DNA of 64,000 nt from Malacoraja senta (Eukaryota), in NCBI GenBank assembly GCA_038087875.1, contig CM075977.1, positions 368,280,001 through 368,344,000 of the forward strand, written 5' to 3'. The notes beneath the pieces are model-generated. The model saw only the letters and a program-made list of their open reading frames with translations. It did not search any database and had not been told where the DNA came from. Positions 51,801-64,000 of this stretch are shown piece after piece. Each line of letters opens with the position of its first letter. The stretch's first letter is position 1. Position numbers and translations under genes: made by a program.

Positions 51801-52603
51801 ATATTAAAAATTCTTAACATTTGATAATCTAGTTTTTAACTTCCTGGAGGTGCCGCTGTGCCATACTGGTGAGTACCCTCATGAATAAATCACTGCTCCT
51901 GATGTTCTGGTTTCCTCCCAACTCCCAAATAAATCTAAAGGGTGCCCGATTCAAAACATCGCTTATCCATGACCTCCAGAAATGCCGCCTGACCCGCTGA
52001 GTTACTCCAGCACTTTGTAATCTGTGCCAGATTCCAGTAACTGCAGTTCCTTGCATCTCCCAAAGATTGGTAGGTTGATACAGGTTGGTAGGTTAATTGG
52101 CCACTAAAATTTGCCCCTATTGCAAGGAGTTGACAATAACAGGGAGAATAAGAATGGGATTAATGCAAGATTTGTGTAAATGGCCAATTGATTGTTGGTA
52201 TGAACTTGGTGGGTCAAAGAAACTGTTTCCTTGCTGTAACTCTTTATGACTCAGACTTTACCGAACATCAAGTCTTTGGGATGTGGGAGAAATCCTGAGA
52301 AAACCCATGCAGTTACAGAGCGCATAGACAGATTCCACACAGAGAACACCCCAGATCATGCATGATACTAGGTCGCTGAAGTATGTGGCGGCAACAATAA
52401 CCACTGTGCCAGTGAGATCCACCCCCTCACTGCCATGAACTGATCTGTGCTCCATAACTAGAAATGTTTCATTTTCCACCTATAATGTTTTCTAAATAGT
52501 ACCCAGAATGACATCAGTGTGGTGATTTTTAAAAATAGTCACCTTTTATGTATAGTCATTCTTTTTCAAAATTTAGGGGTGTTAAAGCATGATTTATTTT
52601 GCA

Positions 52604-53306
52604 CTGAAGAAGGGTCTCGATCCGAAACGTCATTCATTCCTTCTCTACAGAAATGCTGCATGTCCCACTGAGTTACTCCAGCATTTTGTGTCTACTTCGG
52701 GGCTGTGGCAGCGTTGCGCGGCGGCGACCCGACTTCGGGGCTGTAGCGGTGGCGGCAACCCGACTTCGGGGCTGTTGCGGCGGCGGCAACCTGACTTCGG
52801 AGCCTCGTAGGATCGGCCACAGGCCCAGTGGACGACATCGTCGGGAGCTCGCAAGTCCCAGGTTGGTGACCTGTTCTCTGGAGCTCCCGTAATAACAGCT
52901 TCGTCCGCTGGACTGGAGGGCGGCAGCTTCGGCAGCTTCGACCGCCCCGGGCCGCGGAGTTTGAACCGGCCCGTTCGCAGAGCTCGGATTCAGCCGCGGG
53001 ACTTGCTTACCATCACCCGGCGGGGCACAACATCAGAGGCCTGGATCGCCTCAACGCAGAGGGAGAACAAGGAGGGAAGAGACAAGGGCTTTAAGACTTT
53101 TGCCTTCCATCACAGTGAGGAGGTGCCTGATAGACTCACTGTGATGGATGTTAAATCTGTGTTTATTGTGTGTTTTGTTATTTTATTCTATGTTATGACT
53201 GCAAGGCATGAAACTTTGTTTAGACTGAAAGGTCTGAATGACAATAAAGGATACTTGACTTGACTTACCTTCGATTTAAACCAGCATCTGCAGTTCTTTC
53301 CTACGC
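52604..53306 (+). mobile_element. Solo pLTR fragment with a nested GC-rich Rex1-tailed retroposon (52696-53265)
   Basis: 12-bp TSD atttattttgca (52592-52603 and 53307-53318). The inner element is flanked by tac/tac and has an (ACTTG)n tail. Confidence 0.8.
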
Positions 53307-53811
53307 ATTTATTTTGCATCGTTAGCTAGAGAATCTCATGGTTCAGATACGGATCAGTATCAATTACAGAGCTCCAGCAGCAGAATTTAACCTCAGGAGC
53401 TCTCTCTATCAGGCTCAATGATGCATTTAACTTCCACTAACATTGCTCCTGTGATTCCTTGAGTAATTTAGTTACCATTGTTCCGAACTGTCAGACAATT
53501 TTCATGTCAGATCCTTCGAAATGACTGAAGGAGGGGAAAAAAAGTCATCCAATTTATGAATGCGAAACTGGCAATCACGATCAAGCAAAAAGAAGATAAT
53601 ATTTCTGAAAATGCTGATGCTTCCAAATCAGTGAAATAGTTGTGAAATATGGTCAACATCATTATACTGTGAACCATAGGGCATGATGATGTACCAGGAT
53701 TGGCATCAACATGATGGGCTGAAGGGCCTATCTAAATTGCTATATGACATCACTCTGATGATTTGATAGAGGAAAATAAAAAGTTAAATTGCTTGTGTTT
53801 GTTTCTTCCAG

Positions 53812-53932
53812 ACTGTCGGCTGTGACTACGAAATAGAATCCAATGCAATTGAAGACCAATGTGGAGTGTGTCATGGGAACGGCTCCTTCTGTCAAACAGT
53901 AAAGAAGACTTTTGAAGAGAGCGAAGGATTAG
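53812..53932 (+). CDS. ADAMTS12: ADAMTS12-like internal exon (end of cysteine-rich domain, start of spacer)
   Basis: tttcttccag| acceptor and G|gtaaaa donor; 121 bp, phase 0 to 1. Encodes [40 protein letters not shown](G). The next exon was not found within the window. Confidence 0.92.
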
Positions 53933-54480
53933 GTAAAAGAATTGATCGACAATCCTATTTTTATACTGCTGTATTGTTAATGTTTGCGAGAATATGGGCA
54001 TGTCCCTGTATACCTTGTGTTTTGTGAACATCCCCACCTGTGCCAGACTCCCATAATGGCTTGGTTGATGCTTTCACCCCAGTATCTGTTATTGGTGATT
54101 GAAGGTCACATTTTTCTAGCACCCAGCTCCTGGTGCACACCTGGCCCAGGTTTGCAACCCCCAGCTTCAGCCACTCACAGCGTATCCATGGTCCTGACCT
54201 CAGCCCAGACCACGCATCTGTTCCTGGCCTTGGGCAAGCACACACGTCTGTTCCTATCTTGGCTGAGGCGTCTGTCTGTTCCCACCTCTGTCCAGGCCAC
54301 ACATCTGTTCCTGACTCCTACCAAGAGCTCACATCTGTTCATAACTCAGCTAAGGACACACTACAGGAGCATTTTCCCCAACTCCTCCACAGACCGCACA
54401 TCTGTTCCTGACTTCTGCCCTGACCGCATATCTCTTCCCAACCTAAGCTAAGGACGCACACCAGTTCCCAAACTCAACCG

Positions 54481-54850
54481 AAAACCACACATCTGCCCCA
54501 GACTGTAGCCCAGACCACACATCTGTTCCAGACTGTAGCCCAGACCACACATCTGTTCCAGACTGTAGCCCAGACCACACATCTGTTCCAGACTGTAGCC
54601 CAGACCACACATCTGTTCCAGACTGTAGCCCAGACCACACATCTATTCCAGACTGTAGCCCAGACCACACATCTGCCCCAGACTATAGCCCAGATCACAC
54701 ATCTGTTCCAGACGGTGGCGCAGATTACACATTTGTCCAAGACTGGGCACAGATATACATCTGTCCCAGACTTTGGAATAAACCACATATCTGTCCCAGA
54801 TTGTGGCCTAGACCACACATCTGTCCCCTGTCTTGGCACAGACCACACAT
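54481..54850. repeat. 30-bp minisatellite CAGACCACACATCTGTTCCAGACTGTAGCC
   Basis: Four exact units at 54511-54630, with degenerate units extending over ~54130-55250. Confidence 0.95.
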
Positions 54851-57800
54851 GTTCTGGATCTCGCCTTGGGACCACTCATCTCTTCTTGATGTTGGCTGAA
54901 ACCATACATCTTGTTCACATTCCTAGACACACTAGATACAGCTTCATGTTCTGACCCTTGATCCATCCAGCCTACATTCTCAAACCCAGTTTGGGTTGAC
55001 TTTCTGGCCCACATGTCTGGCTGACAGCCCTGGCTGCTCACCTGGCCTGTGAGATTGACTTTCCATTCCAGCACACACCTGGCCCACATTCCCAGGTCTC
55101 AGGTCTTGCTACACTTCCGGCCCATCCTCCCGAACCCCATCTCCAACCACACACCTGCCCTACATTCCTGATTCCCAATTCTGACTGTACATCTCCTCAC
55201 ATTCCTGACCCTCATTACTGGCCACACATCAGGTCCATGCCCTTGATCCCTGGCTCCAGTAGAGACATAGAGTCATACTGTGTGAATGACATAGAGTCAT
55301 ACAGTGTGTGAAACTACACCAGTCCCACCTGCCTGCTTTTGGCCCATATCCTTCTAACCCTGTCCTATCCATGTACCTGTACCATGTTTTTTAAATATTC
55401 TGCCTCAACTATCCCCTTCGGCAACTTGCCATAGGTTCCATATATCTACCACTATTTGTGTCAAAAAAGTTCCCCTTCAGTTTTCTATTAAATCTTTCCC
55501 CACTCACATTAAACCTGTGTCCTAGATTCATAGAGTGATACAGCATCGACCCTTCGGCCCAACTTGCCCACATCGGACCGTTACACGTCCCACCTGCCTG
55601 CTTTTGGTCCATACCCCTTCAAACCTGCCCTATCCATGTACCTACCAAACTGTTTCTCAAAAGTTGAGATGGTCCCAGCCTCAACTACCTCCTCAGGCAG
55701 CATGTTTCATACACCCACCACTATTTGTGTGAAAAAGTGACCCCTCAAATTCCTATTAAATCTTTTCCCCTTCACCTTAAACCTATGTCCTCTGGTCCTC
55801 GATTCACCTACTCTGGGCAAGAGACTGTGCATCTACTCGATCTATTCCTCTCATGATTTTATACACCTCTATAAGTTCACCCCACATCCTCCTGCACTCA
55901 AAGGAATAGAGTCCCAGCCTACTCAACCTCTCCCTATAGCTCAGACCCTCTAGTCCTGGCAACATCCTCATAAATCTTCTCTGTACATTTCCAGCTTGAC
56001 AACATCTTTCCTGTAAAGATTCCTATGTCCTCTGGTTCTTGATGTATACTTGGCTAACATTCCCAAGCCACAGATTCTATGTCACGCTTGACACAGCTTT
56101 GGACAGATTGTTTCCTTTAGGAAGATGGACTGGATTTTAAACACACATTTTTGTTAATGGCTGGCAGGCTGAGCAATTAAAATCATATAAAAATTAGGTT
56201 GGCAAGATGTTAACACTAACCCAGTCACCTTGGACTAAAATTAGAAACCATCCAAGCTCTTTTTGTTTTAAAGAGATTCACATATTTGGATGTTTTCGCA
56301 TGTTTTTCCTCCTCACATAAGTTATTCAAGTCGGGATCTTTCACCAGTCTGAAGAAGGCTCCCAATCTCAATGGTCAATGGAATCTCAATGGTACTTTCT
56401 TTGTCACATGTACCAAGGTGCAGTGAAATTCAATTTCAAAATATGTGTGGAATGGTTATTATTTTCTGATTACCTCAGAGAATAAATGTTGGCCTAAAAA
56501 TTGGAGTGCCGAATGGGTGCTGGGTTATCCAAGAGCTACTGAAAATTTGAATATTGGGACCTTCACCCAGAAGGTTGTGAATCTGTGGAATTCTCTGCCA
56601 CAGAAGGCAGTGGAGGCCAATTCACTGGATGTTTCCAAGAAAGAGTTAGACATAGCTCTTGGGGCTAACAGAATCAAAGGATATGGGGAGAAAGCAGGAA
56701 TAGGGTACTGATTTTGGATGATCAGCCATGATCATATTGAATGACGGCGCAGGCTCAAAGGGCCAAATGGCCTACTGCACCTATTTTCTATGTTTCTATG
56801 TTTCTTGCCTTATGGCTTATCATGGTTTCCTTCCTTCTGCAAAGTGTTTAAAGCCTGACCTATGTAATTGAACGAAGAGCTGTCACATCATTCACACACT
56901 GTTACATGGGAAGCAAGTCAGCACGATTAAAAAGCACCTTCCTCTGGCTGCCGTGGAGATGAGGGAAATGGTAATAGATAGGAGAGGAAGTTGCAGCAAA
57001 TGTATGGACAAAGAGTTGCACCAAATGTGGAAGGACACGTTACAGTGAATGGTGACAATAGACAATAGACAATAGACAATAGGTGCATGAGTAGGCCATT
57101 TGGCCCTTCGAGCCAGCACCGCCATTCAATGTGATCATGGCTGATCATCCCCAATCAGTTCCTGCCTTCTCCCCATATCCCCGCTATTTTTAAGAGCCCT
57201 ATCTAGCTCTCTCTTGAAAGCATCCAGAGAACCTGCCTCAGACAAAGACTCCTCAATCAATGTCCTTCTTCTTTGTCTTCAGCATTCCCTCATGATCAAA
57301 AATGACAATGGATTTGGATATTTTTAAGGCAGAGATAGATAGATTCTTGATTAGTTCGGGTGTTAAGGATTATGGGGAGAAGGCAAGAGAATGGGGTTAG
57401 GCAGAAGAGATAGGACAGCTATGATTGAATGGCGGATCCTGCCTTCATCCCATATCCCCTGACTCCTCTATCTTTAAGAGCCCTATCTAGATGGGAGACA
57501 GAAGAAGAGGGAGTGTCCGGAGTGGGAATCATCCTTGATTATGTTGGTGGCCTTGCCGGGGCAGTTGGTGTGATGGTCCGGGCTTTGTCCACAATTCTCT
57601 GCAATTTCTTGCGGTCTTGGATGGAGCTGTTTATGATCAGCCATGATCATATTGAATGGCGGTGCAGGCTCGAAAGGCCGAATGGCCTACTCCTGCACCT
57701 ATTTTCTATGTTTCTATGTTTCTATGTTTCCAAACCATGCTGCAGTGCATCCCAATAAAATGCTTTCTAGGCCAAAAATGCTTTTTGCCATCCAGAATGT

Positions 57801-58825
57801 TCCTTCTCCAGCTTGAGCAGTCATGTCCATATATAGTAGTCTCTAACATCAACTTGACTTCATTGGATCTGATGGTGGTAATTGCTATTGCCCCATAAAA
57901 ACCCTGGTAACCCTTCAGCATCACCCAGGACAGTCCTTCCCATAGTTAACAATTCTCTCCCCACTCACACCAGAATTCCCATTGCCCATCTTAACAATAA
58001 AGTAGATGACTTGTTGACTGTATTACATAGAAACATAGAAACATAGAAAATATGTGCAGGAGTAGGCCATTCGGCCCTTCGCGCCTGCACCGCCATTCAA
58101 TATGATCATGGCTGATCATCCAACTCAATATCCTGTACCTGCCTTCTCTCCATACCCCCTGATCCCTTTAGCCACAAGGACCACATCTAACTCCCTCTTA
58201 AATATAGCCAATGAATTGGCCTCAACTACCTTCTGTGGCAGAGAGTTCCAGAGATTCACCACTCTCTGTGTGAAAAATGTTTTTCTCATCTCGGTCCTAA
58301 AGGATTTCCCCTTTATCCTTAAACTGTGACCCCTTGTCCTGGACTTCCCCAACATCGGGAACAATCTTCCTGCATCTAGCCTGTCCAACCCCTTATTAAT
58401 AGGTTACCTCACAGAAAAGCTAGCATCACAGAATGTGTTCAATTGATTGTGCTTTCCAAATGGAACATTTTTGGTTTCGTTGATTTTATGTTCTTTCCAA
58501 AAACAGGGAACTGATTGTATTCACCATTAGTGCATGGGAAGACAACTTATGGGAAGCAAGTGATGCCGTTGGTAGCACGGCTGGCTCGAGCTCCAGCGAC
58601 CTGGGTTCAAGCTTGACCTTCGCTGTTGTGTGGAGTAGGCACGTTCTTCCTGTGACCATTTCCCTTCCACATTTTAAAGTCCTGCTGGTCGGTAGTTTAA
58701 CTAAGCCCAGTATGGGTGGGTGGGTGGGAGGAGTGGAGTTAAAGGTCACATGAAAGAAAATGTGTTTCCGGGAAATAAATGAGGAATGGGATTAACGGAT
58801 GACGCTGATGACCAGTATGGACCTG

Positions 58826-59475
58826 AAAGAAGCAAACTCAATGCTAGTATTTATTTCAAGAGGGCTTGCATACAAAAACAGGGATGTAATGTTGAGGCTC
58901 TATAAGGCGCCTGTATGGCCGCATTTGGAATATTGTGAGCAATTTTGGGTATCATATCTGAGGAAGGATGCGCTGGCTCTGGAAAGGGTACAGAGGAGGT
59001 TTCCAAGAATGATCCCAGCAATGAGTGGGTTAACATATGATGAGCGTTTGTTGGCACTGGGCCTGTACTCGCTGGAGTTTAGCAGAATGAGGGGGAACCT
59101 CATTGAAACATACAGAATAGTGAAAAGCTTGGATAGAGTGGATGTGGAGAGGATGTGGAGAGGATTGTAGGAGAATCTAGGACTAGAGGTCATAGCCTCA
59201 GAATTAAAGGACGTTCTTTTAGGAAGGAGATGAGGAGAATTTTCTTTGGTCAGAGGGTGGGAATTCTTTGCCACAGAAGGCTGTGGAGGCCAAGTCAGTG
59301 GATATTGTTAAGGCAGAAATAGATAGATTCTTGATTAGTACAGGTGTTAGAGGTTATGGGGAGATGGCAGAAGAATGGGGTTAGGAGGGAGAGGTGGATC
59401 AGCCATGATTGAATGGCGGAGTAGACTTCATGGGCCGAATGGTCTAATTCTACTCCTATTCCTTATGTCCTTATG
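58826..59475 (+). mobile_element. CR1 3' fragment
   Basis: ORF 58799-59170 encodes the CR1 RT C-terminal region, followed by the 3' UTR. Confidence 0.85.
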
Positions 59476-59809
59476 AATCACCCCTTTCTGTGGGACAAGA
59501 TAGGAGGCACTATAATATGAATGTTAATGGTGAGATTTTTACAACAAAAAAACCCAACTTATTGCTGGAGGAACCCAGTGGGTCGAGCAGCACCTGAGGA
59601 GGCAAAGGGATTGTCGATATTTTGGGTCATAACTGTATCAGGACCGCGAGTCTAGGGGATATATAGCCTGTATAAAGAGATAGGTGGGTGGGGTGAGACA
59701 GGGCTGGTTAGTTAAAAATTCATATACATACAGCATGAAATCGGGCCCTTCGACCAACTTGCCCACGCCGACCAACGTGCCCCATCATTGTGGCACATGT
59801 GACACCTCA

Positions 59810-60950
59810 TGGTGTGGCAGTGGGAAGAGTTGATGCAATGACTCACAATCAGAACCTTACGATGGACATTATGAATGGAGCAGAGCGCGAATGCTCTGCA
59901 AAACAGAACTCAGATCGCAGATCCATTCAATTGTTCCTGCATTTCCAAGACTACATTTGCAACCACAGCCAATGTCAGCCCTCCAACCTCACTTGGACCT
60001 GCTAAGTGAGACCACTTCAGTCTCACTTGGACCATTTTTTACACATCTCTGCCTTTTCTGGATCTCTCTGTCTCAATCCCAGGAGACAAACTAACCACTG
60101 ACATTTACTATTAATCCACCGACTCCCATAACTACCTCAACTGCACCTCCTCTTAACCTGTCTCCTTTGTCCCCTCCCACCAGACAGAACAACTACAAAG
60201 TTATTTTGGTCCTCATCTTTCACCTCCTAGTCTCCACATCCAGCATATCATCCTTCGCCATTTCCACTAGCTGCAACGATATTTCATCACCGGCCATATT
60301 TTATCTACTCCAACCACCATTCCCCGTCCCCAGGCACCTTTCCCTTCTCCTCCCTTCCTCACTGACATCAAGGGATCTAAATATATCTTCCAAGTGAGGC
60401 AGAGATTCACATGGCCTCCTCCAATCTTGTCTATTGCATTAGGTGCTCTCAATGTGGCATCCTCTATATTACTGAGACCAAGTGCAGACTCGGTACCCTA
60501 TTTACAAACCATTTGAACTCTTTCCCCAATGGCCATCTGAGCTCCCGGTTACATGTTATTGCAAATCTCCTCCAGTGTGACACGCCTCTCCAGTGCCACA
60601 GTGAAGCCAAGCGCAAACTATCAGAACAATATCTCATATTCCACTTAGATAGCCTACAAGGCAGTTGTATGCGCACTGACTTCCAAATTCAAGTAACCCA
60701 TTTCCCCTCTGTTACTTTCTCAATACCAACAGCCCTTCTACCTTTCTTCTCATTTTCCATTATCCCCTACATGGGCTTTTTATTTGTCTCCCTTGGTTTG
60801 CCTTAACTATTCCTCATCCGGTTCTATCTGTCCGGACCCCAACTCGAAACATTGACCAGCCCTCTGCCTCCACAGATGCTGCTTGAGGAACCTACTTAGT
60901 TCTTCCAGCACTTTGTCCTTTGCTCCAGACTCCAGTTGCTGTGTCTCCAT
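59810..60950 (+). mobile_element. Old Penelope-like element fragment
   Basis: Peptide SSNLVYCIRCSQCGILYITETKCRLG. Confidence 0.7.
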
Positions 60951-63082
60951 GAGATTTTCACACAGCGTCTCAGTTATGCAGCATCTCCGGAGTAACTATA
61001 AAACCCAAGGTCCAAACCAAAGAAACAAAGCAGTTAATAGAGGTACCTTCACAAGTATTCTACTTATATATGTCATGTAGTTCTTCAACATTTAAGTTGC
61101 TTTATTGTGCTTCACACCATGTCTTACACATATAAATAAAAGATCAATGGAGCTGTGTCTAATACTCAGTGGACGGGACAGGCAGGAGCACGGTAAGGAG
61201 TGAGGAAAGATGGTTGAAATAAACTGCATTTATTTCATTGCTAGAGACCCGACGAATAAGTCAGATTAACTCAGGGCATGGATAGAGCATTATGTACTAT
61301 GTTTACATATTATGTTGTGCTGCAACAAGCAAGAATTTCATTGTCCTATCTGGGACATATGACAATAAAACACTCTTGACTCTTGACTCTTGAGATACGT
61401 GTGACTGGAACATGATACCCTTTAAAGAAACCTGGCTAACGATAGGTTACTGTTCCAAGATACAAGCGCTACAGTCAAGATAGATATATTGGGTAAAACA
61501 TAGAAACTTAGAAACATAGAAAATAGGTGCAGGAGGAGGCCAATTGGCCCTTCGAGCCAGCACCGCCATTCATTGTGATCATGGCTGATCGTCCCCAATC
61601 AATAACCCGTGCCTGCCTTCTCCCCATATCCCTTGATTCCACTAGCCCCTAGAGCTCTATCTAACTCTCTCTTAAATCTATCCAGTGGTTTGGCCTCCAC
61701 TGCCCTCTGTGGCAGGGAATTCCACAAATTCACAACTCTCTGGGTGAAAAAGTTTTTTCTCACCTCAGTCTTAAATGGCCTCCCCTTTATTCTAAGACTG
61801 TGGCCCCTGGTTCTGGACTCGCCCAACATTGGGAACATTTTTCCAGCATCTAGCTTGTCCAGTCCTTTTATAATTTTATATGTTTCTATAAGATCCCCCC
61901 TCATCCTTCTAAACTCCAGTGAATACAAGCCTAGTCTTTTCAATCTTTCCTCATATGACAGTCCCGCCATCCCAGGGATCAATCTCGTGAACCTACGCTG
62001 TACTGCCTCAATCACAAGGATGTCCTTCCTCAAATTAGGAGACCAAAACTGTACGCAATACTCCAGATAAGGAGTGACAGGAGGGAGAGTTGCTTTATTA
62101 ATTAAGGCGAATCTCATAACAATAGTCTAAAATGGCATTACTGAAGGATCGTGCAGTAAGGTTATAGGCGTGGAGCTCCCAGGCTTTTCCTTGCAGACCT
62201 TCTGAAATAGAGGCTCAACATTAGTCACCTCCTAGTCTTCCAGCACCTCATCTAATGATGATTCATATATCTTACCCAGGCTCTTGCTATTTATCCTCTG
62301 GCCTCACAGTGTCCTCAGATCGATCTGATCAGGCCCAGAAGATTTATCTACCTTCATATGCCTTAGGACGCCAGCATCTCCTTGACTGTTATACCGACTA
62401 TCTTCAAGACCTCTATTAACTGTCGCAGGTTCCGCAATCCTCATGTGAATGCATGTCTTTCCTCACAGTAAAAATAGAGGAGAAATACTAATTGAGGACC
62501 TTGCCCATCTCATGTTGCTCCACACAGAAATTACAGCTTTGGTTTCTGAGGTGCCTGCTCTCTCTCTAGTTATCCTCTTTCTCTTAATCTATTCATAAAA
62601 TCTCAGGATTTTCCTTAATATTATCTGCCAGAGCTACCTTTTTGCCCTCCTTATTTCCTTCTTAAGTATGCTTCTCATTTTCTGAAACCTCCAGGGATAG
62701 ACTTAGTCCCAGCTGCTTAGGCCTGTCCCAGGCGTCCTTCTTCTCCCGACTAGAGCTTCAATTTCTGTTGTAATTTAAGCTTCCTCACGCCTACCTGCCT
62801 TGCCCTTGATAGAGTGATCAAGAACAAGCACACTCCGAACTCTTGTCATCACACTTTGAAAAGCATGCCACATTCTGAATGCCCGCAAGCTACCTACTCT
62901 AATCAACTTTAGCAAGTTCCAGTCTAATACCTGACTGGCACCGCATATAGCAGTTGATGACTGCCCCTAGTTAGCTAATTTTCTTTGCAATGTGATAAAT
63001 CCTATCCCCAATAAATAACTCTAATAGCTTCCCTACCACTGATGTAAGGCTCATTGTCCTATAATTTACTTTATTATCCTTA

Positions 63083-63856
63083 TGGGCCTGTCCCACTAAG
63101 GCGATTTTTCAGCAGTCTGCCAGCGAATGTCAAATTGCCGGCAGTCGCCTGAAAAAACGGCAAGTGGAACAGCGACTGTCAGAGTGGATCACACACACAC
63201 ATACAAACACATCGCAAAGGTGGGGGCCAGGGCAAGCGGGGGAGCGCTGTCTAAAAAATTCCCACAGTGCAAAGCCAAGGTGATTCAGACACACTGCGAT
63301 GAACAGGAAGGTTGGCGCTGTAATTAAGACAACTAAAGCACAGTGTACAACAGTAAGTCCTTTAAAAGAGGGGGGGGGGGAGAAGGTGGGAGAAGGAGTA
63401 GAGACAACATTTAAGAAGCCAGAGATACACGGCTGTGATGCTCGGCGGACATTTAACATTACCGGTCGGTTATCCTTGGTTCTGAACACTACTCATTACC
63501 TTTTTTTTCCCAATGAGCCAATGAAATTCACCGGTCAGCACCGGCTCCAACCTACGAGAACCTCCGAGAAACTTCGACCTCCTGGCAACCCACTAGGACC
63601 TACTTGCGACTCACCTACGGCTCGGGAATTCTCGCTAATCTTCATGGCGACTTCATTCTAGTCGCTGCTAATTTTTCAACATGCTGAAAAATTCCCAGCG
63701 ACCATAATGAGGCCGCGACAAGTTCCCAAAATGTGGGAACTCCTCACGACCATGAAGGCGATTCCCCGGCAACCACCCGCGAACAAGTGGCGACCATGTG
63801 GCGACTGCAAAGTCTCCTGCAGTCGCCTAAAAAGTCGCCTATGTGGGACAGGCCCA
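63083..63856. mobile_element. PIF/Harbinger-type MITE (774 bp)
   Basis: TIR TGGGCCTGTCCCAC...GTGGGACAGGCCCA with an exact TTA TSD (63080-63082 and 63857-63859). Confidence 0.85.
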
Positions 63857-64000
63857 TTACTTCCGTTCATAAACAAAAGCATAACATTGGCTACTTTCCA
63901 GTTTTCCGGGACCTCTTCTATGGATAGAGGGGATACAGAAATCTTTGTTGAGGTCTCTGCGATCTCCTACAGTGATTTTCTCAATAATCTGGGATAGGCC

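Larger units (their letters stand above)
27975..53524 (-). other. Candidate nested antisense multi-exon gene or pseudogene of unknown product
   Basis: A chain of short AG/GT-bounded, phase-compatible segments in non-repeat DNA (see findings). No recognisable homolog. Confidence 0.25.

Noticed and set aside
54481-54850. CRISPR-like array or repetitive ORFs
   Set aside because: The units are head-to-tail with no unique spacers, and the context is a vertebrate intron. The ORFs are by-products of a 30-bp period.

Overview
Vertebrate genomic DNA, most likely a cartilaginous fish (skate/ray-like). This is inferred from HE1-like SINEs, HER1/CR1 LINEs and abundant Penelope-like repeats. The + strand carries four consecutive internal exons of an ADAMTS12-like gene (729-874, 5075-5244, 10963-11096, 53812-53932; all GT-AG and phase-compatible), separated by introns of 4.2, 5.7 and 42.7 kb. 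The rest is intron packed with mobile DNA: a Gypsy-type LTR at the left edge, a full-length decayed DIRS1 tyrosine-recombinase retrotransposon, Penelope-like elements with hammerhead-ribozyme cores, Rex1, CR1 and RTE LINE fragments, three Harbinger MITEs, a ~4 kb foldback element, a GC-rich Rex1-tailed retroposon family and a 30-bp minisatellite. The top finding is a 133-nt retroposon (6759-6891, - strand) with a perfect 12-bp TSD. It consists of a minimal CPEB3/HDV-like ribozyme fold starting exactly at the element's 5' end, a structured 3' domain and an (AAG)n tail, with no Pol III head. A weaker lead is a phase-compatible chain of small antisense exons nested in the long intron. Repeat boundaries are approximate unless a TSD/TIR is given; no database searches were run.
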